Assembly (NCBI GenBank): GCA_964035575.1
Contig: OZ037834.1
Coordinates: 1,674,001 to 1,738,000 of the forward strand
DNA: 64,000 bases
Source of the DNA: Rhynchopus sp. YZ270_cl-10
Taxonomy: Eukaryota
Direction: 5' to 3'
Under the pieces are notes generated by a model. That model did not search any database. It was not told where the DNA came from and saw only the letters and a program-made list of their open reading frames with translations. Positions 23,396 to 33,792 of this stretch are shown here, in pieces. Within the stretch, counting starts at the first letter, position 1. Each line of letters opens with the position of its first letter. The position numbers were made by a program, and so were the translations under genes.

Positions 23396-24592
23396 ATGGG
23401 GTTGACTGTCTTCTTCTTGCTCTTGGGGGCTGCCAGCTTCACTAATGCTGAGACGCTTCGTGTTGTTTCTAATATTGAGCTTGCTTCCTATTCTGGTCGG
23501 TATACAAACGTAAAAATCGGTCAAGATGGGCTTCCCTTTGTGGCGTTCAATGATGAGAAGACGGGTGGGGTTTTGGGTGTACACTGCAGCGACGTATTGT
23601 GTACAAACAGTACCAAGGTGGCGATAGACTCTTCAGGGAATGCTGATAACGCGCGCTTTATTTTCATGCGGATGTCCCCTTCTACAGGCTTCCCCCTTCT
23701 CTCCTACTCTGAACAGACGAAGGACCCGCTGCTCTCCTCGTTAAAATTCGTTGCCTGCAACGACGTCGCCTGCAGCAACTACACTGTCACAAAAATCGCG
23801 AAAGGGGGTCTGCTTTCGCAGCCCGCCTACTCCTTTTTTACCTTCGCTGACAATGACATTCCTCTAATAACGTTCTTCGACGAAAACGTTGGGCTTAAAT
23901 ACATCCAATGCAAAAACTCACACTGCAGCACCTTTCATGAAAGCCTCACTATCGCTTCCGGAATCTCCACCGGGAAATACCCTTCTGTTCAGTACGTTGG
24001 AACAGGACTTTTTTTCTCTTATTACGAAGCCGAATCGAAGCGCTACGCGTATTCATCGTGTAAGACCATTGCGTGCGAAAGGGGGGATATTACTCATGGA
24101 AACATTGCTTCAGATAGCGGCAAAGATCTTGGGAAGTACTCATACACGATACAAAATAGGGTCGGTATTTCGACGATGTTTCTTGAAAACAAAAGCGGGG
24201 ATTTGTACTACGCAAACTGTTCTGTTCCAGGTGTAGGAGGGGATCTGCCCTGCAGTTCTGTGGTAGTAGACAATATTGGGGCAGACGCGTATGGGGTGTT
24301 CCCCGAGATGGATTTGTACTATGGGTTTTCAGAGTTTCCGATGTTTTCGTACTTCAATTCAACGTCCGATTCAGAAGGTGCATTGAAAATCGCGCTATGT
24401 ACCTCCCTCGACTGCACCCAACCGTCCATCCAAACATTAGCCTCAGGCACTGCAGGCTATGGCAGGGACTCCTCCATCGCCTACCTGAAGCAATCTTCTC
24501 AGACAGACGCAGGCCCTCTTCTCTATGTAAGCTATCTCTTCTACAATGGAGGTGACGACAAAAAGGCGATGCTAATGATACTGCAGGCATGA
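23396..24592 (+). CDS. Secreted protein with repeated L..(V/I).C.D..C modules (probable beta-propeller), intronless
   Basis: Signal peptide MGLTVFFLLLGAASFTNA. About six repeats: GVHCSDVLC, LKFVACNDVAC, LKYIQCKNSHC, YSSCKTIAC, LYYANCS, LKIALCTSLDC. A Y-tract-CAG lies 12 nt upstream of the ATG. Confidence 0.85.
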   Translation: MGLTVFFLLLGAASFTNAETLRVVSNIELASYSGRYTNVKIGQDGLPFVAFNDEKTGGVLGVHCSDVLCTNSTKVAIDSSGNADNARFIFMRMSPSTGFPLLSYSEQTKDPLLSSLKFVACNDVACSNYTVTKIAKGGLLSQPAYSFFTFADNDIPLITFFDENVGLKYIQCKNSHCSTFHESLTIASGISTGKYPSVQYVGTGLFFSYYEAESKRYAYSSCKTIACERGDITHGNIASDSGKDLGKYSYTIQNRVGISTMFLENKSGDLYYANCSVPGVGGDLPCSSVVVDNIGADAYGVFPEMDLYYGFSEFPMFSYFNSTSDSEGALKIALCTSLDCTQPSIQTLASGTAGYGRDSSIAYLKQSSQTDAGPLLYVSYLFYNGGDDKKAMLMILQA

Positions 24593-24868
24593 ATCTTCTT
24601 TTAAAAAATACTGTTTTACGGTCGATAATTGGTACGAATACGGTAAATGAAAAAAACCAACACTCTCAAAAAAAACATTTTGTTCTTTTCCGCGAAATCC
24701 GGTAAGGCCGTAGTATTCAACTTCTTTTGTTCTTCTCCCCCTCCCTTTTATAAATACACCCCCCCTCATCTACCAACGATATGAAAACCACATACTTCTT
24801 TTCTATCTCCCTCCTACCCTCCTCCCCTCCACCCCTCCACCCCCGCCTCAGAAACAATACACTACACT

Positions 24869-27378
24869 ATGCCCCTTTACTCGCGGTTTGGGAAGGGTGG
24901 AAAGAAGGAGGAGCAGGATGAGTCGAGCGACGGGTCGGCACCTGTTGCGGAGCCCGAGGATGTGCCGTCTGAGGAGCACGCCGTTGAGTCGGGCGACGAG
25001 TCTGAGGAGGAGGCAGGTGACCAGAAGCTTGTCCTCCCAACTGTGCCCCAGGACTGGGCCGAGCGTCTGCAGGTGACGTCGCAGAAGCCCCTAGTGAAGG
25101 GCGACAACTGGAACGCAGACGACGACTCCCTTAGGGAAAAGCTCTTCGAAGAACAGGCCCTTCGCTCTGTCGAGACCGCCCTCCTCCTCCTCAAGCAGCA
25201 CGGCATCCCGAACAAGAGACCTGCCGACTACTACGCTGAGATGATCAAGAGTGATATCCAGATGAACAAGGTGAAAGAGGTATGTGTTTGAAAATAATTA
25301 CCCCAAAAATTCGCCTTTTTTTGAGTGGATATGCAATATACAAGGAAAGTTTCTGTCGCGATGAAGTGGATAAATATCCCTCACCCCTAGCACCTTGTGT
25401 GGATGCTTCAATGCAACACGAAACTTTGAGACAAATAGATTACAAAGTAACTTTTTTGTTAGGTGAGGAAGGAGTGGTTGTACCAAAAAGCAAAAAGCAA
25501 AAATAATAACAACAACAAAAGTCTACCTTTCACCTTTGCGTGAGTAGAATGGTGTGAATGTTGATGCAAACAAAACAAAACACTACACCCTTTCTGCAGA
25601 ACATGGACTACGCAAAAGATAAGCTCAAATCGCAGGCAGAGAGACGGCAGCAGAAGCACGCACAGAAGTTCGGAAAGGCTGTCCAGAACCAGGTGCTGCA
25701 GGAGAGGGAGGCTGAGAAGGCAAAGAGCATACAGAAAATTGAGCACCTGAAAAAGGTATGTCCCTTCAATAACAAACCAGCAAAACAGAGAACTCGCATT
25801 TTTTTGGATAGAGTTTTTCTGGAGGGGAAGGGGGAAGTGGGAAAAAAAGGGAGTGGGGTATTCAGTTGTACAGTGGAGCTCATCCTCGGATGTCTGCACT
25901 AATGCAACCAAGTTTAAAAAATATGTTTATACCTTCCGTAGCCACAGATCTTTATACCAGTATTTTCCCGAAATCTCAGTAACTTCCCTTCGAGGATTAC
26001 CGGGTGCGCCGTGGTCACGTATGCGTCCCAGCCAGCTGGAGAAACCTGCTGAAATGCAGGGAGGGTAGCACATGCTCGCGTGCCCCATTTTTGCCAACAC
26101 GACAGCTTCTGCGATTGGGTCTTGTTACCAGACCCCTCTTCCTTTCAGCCTTCAGCTGGTTGGGGTACGCGTTCGTCGTAATAGACAGGATGCATTATGT
26201 ACATGTGCTGAGTCATTCCTATGACTTTAACTCGCTTGTCGCAAAGGGTACATCGTTCAGTACATGTGCACGGGACTGCGCTGCCAATATGTGCAGCGAG
26301 AGACTCCTCGTTCAGTGTCTTGCTGCAGAAGTCACAGGCTATGTAAACGCTCTCCTCAGACTCCTCCTCTTCAACAGCCTAGCAATGACGTAAAACTCTT
26401 TTCCCGACTCATCCCATCTGGTCCAAAAAATGGTTTTGAGGGCGGGGTTACAGCGGGAGATGGCGGTTACTTCATACGCAACTTTGTGGGACTCCATCCC
26501 CAGACTCTGATCCGAGTACTTCTTGAGAGTAGAGAGGTCACATCAGTGTAAAGTGATTGTCGATGCAGCACAATAGGCTTGTACAGTTTGGTGTTCATGA
26601 AGTGCTTCTCTTTTGTGCGATAATCCGTCCTTTGGTGGTGATCGGAACCCAAATTCTGCTAGCGTCAGGGGTGTCTTGTGGTAGGCCAGGTTTGGGATGA
26701 ACGTCACCACAGAAAAAGATCTGCTCACCCCTCCAACTGTCATCCAACACCCCCTTTCACCCCCCTCCAATGCAAAAACAAAACAAAACAAAACAAAACA
26801 AGAACACAAAGCATCAATATCAAAAAACTTCATAAAATTCCACTCAAACCCCTCCACAACAGAAAGCAAAAGCACACGGAATGGGAGCAGCAAACGACGA
26901 CGATGTTGAGGTTGCGTTTGGCGGGGATGGTGACGACGGTATGCCTCCTCTCCTCGTGTCCTTTTTTTGCTTCTTTTTTTTTGGGGACCTGCTTTCCCCC
27001 CTTGGATGCATTTTTTTAAAATTCTTGCGCTCATCTTTCAACGACCAAAACTGTTAGTGAGAATGGGCTTAAATCCAGTTGCGCAACCAGACAACCAGAC
27101 ACAATCTATGTTCTCTGTCAGACCAGGTCACAGTGGTATACAAAGAAAGGCAATACCCCGTCAAATGGTCACACTACGCCACTATGCACCGTGCTACCTT
27201 CAAAAAAAGTACCTCAAACACATCTTGGGCAGTGTCCCTCTCTAGGAAGTACCTACAGCTGCTTTCAACAATCACAACACACATCCAAATCACAGGTTCA
27301 AAGAAGACGGCAACGAAGAGAAAGCGCTCCTTGACACCCGGGAAGCAAACTAAGAAGCCTAGGACGGGCAAGAAATAA
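24869..27378 (+). CDS. EBP2: rRNA-processing protein EBP2; exons 24869-25279, 25600-25755, 26863-26938, 27296-27378 (241 aa)
   Basis: Motifs W.ERL.VTS, DD..RE..F..QAL, RPADYYAEMIKSD.QM.KVK and ERRQQK..QKFGKAVQ. All three GTATG..CAG junctions keep the frame to a basic C-terminus. Confidence 0.9.
26090..26378 (-). pseudogene. Antisense zinc-finger fragment in EBP2 intron 2, resembling the N-terminus of R2-group non-LTR retrotransposons
   Basis: My minus-strand translation: AVEEEESEESVYIACDFCSKTLNEESLAAHIGSAVPCTCTERCTLCDKRVKVIGMTQHMYIMHPVYYDER. It is preceded by a TAG stop and followed, after a frameshift, by ...EAVVLAKM. Confidence 0.55.
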
Positions 27379-29123
27379 GCAGGTTTCGTGTGTCCAGTCC
27401 TGGGTTTGGGTTTGAGGTGCTTGATATGACACAGCCGTTGGCCGATAATGGCTTGGCCAGCGCAATACGGCACATATGGGAATGAACGGGGAGACGGGAA
27501 AGCGGTGGGGGGAAAATGAGAGAATTATTTTTGCCTCTCCCCTTTTCCATGATGTCCCACAATAAAAAAGCCCCATCAGGGAATTGAAAAAATCGAAAAT
27601 TCCTAGCCTTTTTTTTTTTCGGGGTTGTGGGGGTCTTGTGTGGAGCTATCGTTGTACAATAAATCTACCATTTTTTCCCCCTCTCCAAATGGTGGTTTTC
27701 TTCGATATTTCCGTTTTTGTGGTGATCAGTTTTACTGTTTTTTTTTTCCCTCTTTTTTTTTGTTGCAATTATCAGCTTTGCCCCCTCTTTTTAGTCAATC
27801 AAGAACGTCGAAGCATCACGGGGTGTGTACAAGGGGGGTGTGAAGGAAACCCCATGGGGAACAAACAGGATAGTAGGTAGGTCAGCACAAAAGCCGGCGT
27901 TTTTACGTGACGTTACGAAAAAAGAAAAAATACAGTGTCCCCTTTTCCCTCTATATTTTTTGGTTAATCTCTCTAGATAGATTAAATACAACTATTGTAT
28001 CAGACTCAGGAACTGTAGTAGGATCGGGCATAAATAAAAGATCACAAAATCAACACAACTGTCACACATTCAACTGCGCATTCGTGGTCAGATATTATGT
28101 CCAGGTGTACGTACTCATTGATCTTATGCATATCAACGACAGCACCTCTGGTTCCCAGTTGGATTGCATTAGAAAACTAGCATTTAGTTAGTGAGCCCTC
28201 GTTTGGAGACACCAATCAGATGGGGAGTGCTGGGGGCGGGCACATCTGTTGTACATTATAACGTTAAGTGTACAAAGGTGTCCCAAGCTCAGTGAGAACA
28301 GAACTCTCAAAAGGCAGCAGTTCCCAGCCGTGACGACATCGATCCGCACATTTGAAAGCAAGGACCTTTTTTTTTAGATTGAATCAGCAGGTGTCGAAGA
28401 TGTTGTGCTTCTCTCTGTGCCCTCCGTCCGTCGCATTCAGTGCAGGTATCCGGGCACTTGCTGCACCCGTGGTCTTTACAGTATCCTTGACGGGTCCACT
28501 CGGGATCTGCGAGAGTGTTCAGCAGGCTTTGCACGGTGATGGTGATCTACCGGGTGCTCGTGCCTGTTGGTCTCTTCTGTCTTTGTCTTTGGAAAACAGG
28601 GAATTTGCTTTCATTCAACTGATTGTGATTTGTGGAAATCATGAGCAAGTGGTCCTCAGCAGAGCTAAGTGACCCACGTCTCTTGAGGTGTATGGACAAC
28701 TTTTTAAAGTGTCTCTCAACGGCTGCTTCGGAGTGCCCTTCTTTCCCCTAAACTATTTTTTTTTCTTTCAAAAAAGTTAAAAAGCTGAGTGCACCTATTC
28801 CGGATCATAGGTGCACCCACCCCTTTACAACCCCTCAACCAAAACCCCGTTTCCTCCAGGGGAAAATCATACACACAACCTACCCCATTTAAACACTGCC
28901 TCAGTTTTGATTTCGCCGGAGTGCTTCACATTTGGTTTACTCAAATATCCCTCACAAAACGACCAAATGTCCCGCTAGACCTGGAGTGTGACCTGGGTGA
29001 TCGGGGGTAAAAAGGAACGCACATACCAATACCCCACGACGTACATAAAAGGGTTCCTCTTCCGATTTTTTTGACCTTTTCTCAGTTTCTCTCTCTCTCT
29101 GAGTTTAAAGTCACAAAGGGACG

Positions 29124-30209
29124 ATGCCACTATGGCTTCATCAAGAATTACGGAGCAAACGCACCGCTGTGGCTGCCACCCACACCAAGCCCCCCAGCGT
29201 CAAAGCCCGCCCACATGGTGCGAAACCCATCGCCACCACTACGACTGCTCCGGTACCGACACCGACCACCCGCCCGACCACAGCGAACCCTTCATTGGAC
29301 AATGCCCTCAAGAAGCATAGAACAAAGAGCCCTGGGGTGGAGGAGACTACCAATATATTGGTGTTGGATACGCCGCAGAAGGATGGATCGGAGAACACAA
29401 CAAACGCACCGTCACGCGCCAAACGGAAGCTGGACAGCGACCTCACCCTTGCAGGCTTGATGTTTGCGGAGGACATCCCACACCCTACTCGGGTTGATGT
29501 AGACTTTGGTCTGTCCCCTTTACACCGCAACCGAGCGGGCCATCCTTTGCAGGTGTTGTGGAGTGCACCAGAGTTGGATGCGGGGACGGAGCAGGGCCTG
29601 GCACAGGATGCACTTCTCTCACGCAAGGGTCATCTGCATGCCTCCGAGCGAATACACCGTACCTCCATTGAAAACACCTGGGACACAACACGCACAGCGC
29701 TCCTCCAACCACACACAGATATGGTCGCTGCGCGACGTCTCCTCCAACGAGATGGCTTCCGCACCGCAAATGCAACATATCTCAGCGATACGGCACTCCC
29801 AGCGTTGCAACAGATCATCGAAGAGGAGAGCGAAGCTTTTGCTGTCTTGTCTGCAAAGGCGGAGGTCAAAAGGGAGGATGAAGAGGAGGTGGTGGAGGAG
29901 GAGGAGAAGAAGGAGGAGGTGAAGGCTGAGGAGGAGATGTGGTCTGCATCGGACCAGCATACCCGCGAAGTGGATGAGATGTGCAAGAGAGTGGAGGTCC
30001 GGGGGAGAATTGGGATCACAAATGGTGAAGCAGCAGGACGTGTGTACATAGCGCAGATGATGGCACACATGGTGCCTGTCGTGGAGCGCAATGTAGTGAC
30101 CTGCAAGGAGCAACGCTGTCGGTCAGAGCTCGTCAGCGAGGAAGTGGCCAGACGCGTCGAAGCCTCCACAGCAATGCAGCAAGAGGCCTCCGAAAAAAAG
30201 AAGTTTTGA
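29124..30209 (+). CDS. Hypothetical protein (Pro/Thr-rich N-terminus, acidic coiled-coil C-terminus)
   Basis: 361-aa ORF with GC-rich, gene-like composition and upstream Y-tract-AG sites. No motif recognised. Confidence 0.65.
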   Translation: MPLWLHQELRSKRTAVAATHTKPPSVKARPHGAKPIATTTTAPVPTPTTRPTTANPSLDNALKKHRTKSPGVEETTNILVLDTPQKDGSENTTNAPSRAKRKLDSDLTLAGLMFAEDIPHPTRVDVDFGLSPLHRNRAGHPLQVLWSAPELDAGTEQGLAQDALLSRKGHLHASERIHRTSIENTWDTTRTALLQPHTDMVAARRLLQRDGFRTANATYLSDTALPALQQIIEEESEAFAVLSAKAEVKREDEEEVVEEEEKKEEVKAEEEMWSASDQHTREVDEMCKRVEVRGRIGITNGEAAGRVYIAQMMAHMVPVVERNVVTCKEQRCRSELVSEEVARRVEASTAMQQEASEKKKF

Positions 30210-30760
30210 AAAAGGGGGAGTTTCATTGGATTGGAGGATGATGCGCATATTTTCCTTTGTCATGTATGTGGGTCAGTTGGAGGTGCATTAATAACTTCAC
30301 TTTGGCATTCATTTAGCCGACTCTGTTGTGCAAAAACCCGTCTTCGTACGGAGAGGTGGTTATTGAGTAACAACAACGATGAAAAAGCCACCATCTAGCC
30401 CCTGCGTGCAATGCCTACCTCTTAGTAAGGGTGATTTGTCAATAACAAAAAAAGTGGAGTTCATCCTCACTAATACAACCAAGTTTTCAAAAAAAGAGAA
30501 CAAAAATATCGTTCATTTTTCTCTTCTAAAATTGATGCAACAAAAAGAAGAAAAAAAGGTTGGTTCGTTTCAATCGATTTACATCGAATGAAAAAGAAGA
30601 AAAAGGGGCAAGAAAAGAACTCAACGCAATATTCGAGGGGGGGGAAACTCCTCAACAAAAGAAAAGAACCCAAACTGAGAGAACTGAAAAACGAAATGCA
30701 AACCGAAATAAGTTTCATAAAAAGAGATTTCTTTGGGTTGAGGATGAACTGCATCTATAC

Positions 30761-31843
30761 TAAGGGTCCCCCTTTTCAGCTTTTGAAATAATAAAAGACA
30801 TAAAAGACGTTAAAAGACATAAAAGACATGTTAAAAGACATGCAGTACACTTCCGGCTGTGCCTTGCTGTTGGCCTGAATTACACGGCTGCTGCATACCC
30901 CCTCGTCCGTGAGGAAGTGACCCAACTCAGCAATAACGCCTTCGTGGCCCTCCTCCTTGAACAGCTCGTAACGGCCGTCTCTGGCTTTGCCAGCAGGTCT
31001 GTCTGTTACCCTGTTAGAACACCAGGATGTGGGCCTGAAGCGCAGGCTTTCTCGTTCATATCTGACTCGAACGCGTACGTCGTCGCCAACACCACTGTGT
31101 CATTTCCCAGGTACTGCTTGTTGTTTCTGTCCTTATGTCTTGAACCACGGTAAGAAGTGTCACTTCGAGACACTTCTTACCGGGGTTTGGGTTGAAACTC
31201 GTGGTTTCTGGTGAATAACGCCGGTTTTCCCATATAACCCTTAAGAAACGCACGTTTCTAAGGCATTTTACACCAAAAATCGCTATACGAAAATAGGAAT
31301 TAAGTTGAATTCTAAACACCTCGATTTTTGGCCCAATCTTTCCAACGCCGAAAAAATCTGACATTTGGTGCCTTTGCGTAAGTCGATTTTTGGTGAACCA
31401 TGTATGGGCGAAGGGGTGAGGGGACGATAGCGGAAGCAATTTAGTTTTGCGAATCCTAAAACTCTCTGCCTCGTGGAGTTAACACAAACGAACGGAACTC
31501 AACGAACCGAACCGATCTGAATGCATGGTAAGCTAGATAAAACACGTGTGTGGTGACAAAACGCAACGCTGTTCATAGGTTTCGTTGGCCGTTTTTGCTC
31601 ACAAACGACCCAAAAACGACCTTCTGTGTGACCACACATGGTTCTGACACCCCAGAATCGCTTTTCCCAGCCCACATAGCCAGGTATGGACCCAAAAAAC
31701 CACCCAAAAAGGTGAAAATCCCGGGTTTACAAACGCTGCATGTCTTTTATGTCTTTTAAGCGAAAAAGTGGAATTTTAAAAGACGATAAAAGACATAAAA
31801 GACGTCTTTTAAAAGACATGTTAAAAGACAAGGGGGACCCTTA
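30761..31843. mobile_element. Non-autonomous hAT-like element with 8-bp target duplication
   Basis: TIR TAAGGGTCCCCCTT ... AAGGGGGACCCTTA. ATCTATAC at 30753-30760 and 31844-31851. Subterminal TAAAAGAC repeats at both ends. Confidence 0.88.
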
Positions 31844-32280
31844 ATCTATACCTTTGAAATTCATTAGCCTTCGGGCGACTTTGTGTACAGAACCCGTCCT
31901 CGGACAGGGTGATTGTCGAAACTACAAAAAAATATGAGGTGGTGTGACTTTGTACTGGGGTTTGGGTTATACCCTAGAAGGACCCAAGAAGGATATTTTT
32001 TTTGCACCTAATTTTTGGGGAAAGTCACACCATGAGGGAAGAGAAACAAAACAGATTGGGAAAATGTTGTTGATAACAAAAAAAAGGGAGAAAAGGAGAA
32101 AATAATAGAGAATCGAGCTGTGTCCTCTTAACAGAGTAACACATGTTGCCATATTTCATTTTGATTATTATATTTTTTTTTTTTGTGCTTTCATCCGGGG
32201 ACTGGTATCGCAGTGGGTCACTCAGAAGTGCCTGTATCGATTGTTTTTCTCCCCCCGCCCCCGTCCTAGAATAAGCCCTG

Positions 32281-32384
32281 TACAATGGTGAAGGAAATGA
32301 TTGGTTTGTGGTTTTACTTGTGATTTCACTGTTGGTTTGCAACAGTGAAACCACATGTCAAGTCATTTGCTTCACCGTCGTGTA
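32281..32384. mobile_element. Degenerate small MITE related to 53491-53677
   Basis: The right end CTTCACCGTCGTGTA is identical to the end at 53665-53679. The left end TACAATGGTGAAG is a degenerate version of the same TIR. Confidence 0.5.
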
Positions 32385-33792
32385 CTTTCTAGTAGAACGT
32401 GAGTGTGTGCTGTGGCTTCGCTGGTTGGCAGCCGATGCGCACCGTACTGTCCAAATTCACTCCATTTTTGTTGTTTTAGGGTATCAAGAAAAGAGGGGGA
32501 AAAAAATGTTGTTTCCACACACCGACACCTCCCCCCAATACAACCCCACCTCTACCGCACCTTACAGCGTGTGTTGTGCAGTGTGTATTCCTTATTTGTA
32601 TTATTACCGAATACATGCAGTCGCCATCACACGTTTTCCACCCATTTGAGCGTCCACTTCGATTGCCCGTAGAAGACCTTATTTAGAGAGACATAAGTTT
32701 AGTACACTGTATTAGTACAGTGTATGTATTAGGACAGATAGATTGCACAACTGTGGCAACACAACCGAGGTAACTACACTTCCAACAATTTATCAAAAAA
32801 AAAACATAATTTTAGGACCAGTTTTAGTAATTTTTACTTTCCTAAGGTCCCCTATTTATTTAATTGCGTATGCATTGTTGAAGCTGGGCTGCTGGCGGAC
32901 GAAAAAAGCTACGACGTCTTTAGTAATTAAGTCCTCCGAAAATAAGGTCTGCTACGGTTTTGTGTATTTTTTTTCTTCTTTTTTCTTTTTTGCTTCTTCT
33001 CACTCGAAGGTAGCTCCCTGCCACCTGCCGTGCTCATTTTTATTTGCAAAATAACATTACTGATCCACCCTTTTATTGTGCCCAGGGTGTCATACTGTTT
33101 CCAGATGGAGAGTGTCATTTGCTAGACATTCGTCTCTCTAAATGAAACAGTGAGACATTTGCACTTCTGTTTTTTAGGTCAAGACAGCTAAGCAACCTTA
33201 GAATCCATCAAGACCACAATCCCACCCTTTTTTTTACTTTGCGCCAATTCTGTAAAACATCCCATTTAAAAGGGTGTTTTTATTTTGTCGCCTCATGAAA
33301 TGAAGGAAATAGAAACAAAGCATTTTGAACACACTTTGTGGTTCTGGGGACGAACCGCGCTGCAGAGCCCACGCCTCACCAAAATCGATGGAGGTGTGTG
33401 CGTTTCACAACCTCTCCCATGGGGGGTTTTTCGTGTGATGAGTGTTAAGTTTCTATTTTTTTTTTAGCAGAAGCCCACTTTGTTTTTCCAGATGCATCCC
33501 TCCCCCTCCCCCTTCCCATGCGCGGTTTTTCTCTTGTACCTGCTTTCTATTCACGCAATGAGATGGCCCTTTTTATCCCCCTCCCTCCCCCAACAAAAAA
33601 GCAACGACGGATGTTCGTTGCATGTTCATCCACGTTCAAAATAATCAAAAAAAAAAAAAAAAAAAAGGCTTCCTTTATTTTGTTTGTGAATAGCCCTGGC
33701 GGCTCATGTTGTGTGGGCTAGCCGGGTCTTGCGATCCTACCTTTTTTTTTTTTTTAGCAACCACATTACCCCTCCCTCAGTACAACGGAGCT

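Noticed and set aside
28307..28670. Minus-strand Cys-rich coding-like fragment (CKDHGCSKCPDTCTEC)
   Set aside because: Short and broken with no family recognised; it may be a decayed element but I cannot support a call.
30850..31150. Transposase remnant inside the hAT-like element
   Set aside because: Minus-strand frames look coding-like but show no convincing DDE or dimerisation motif.
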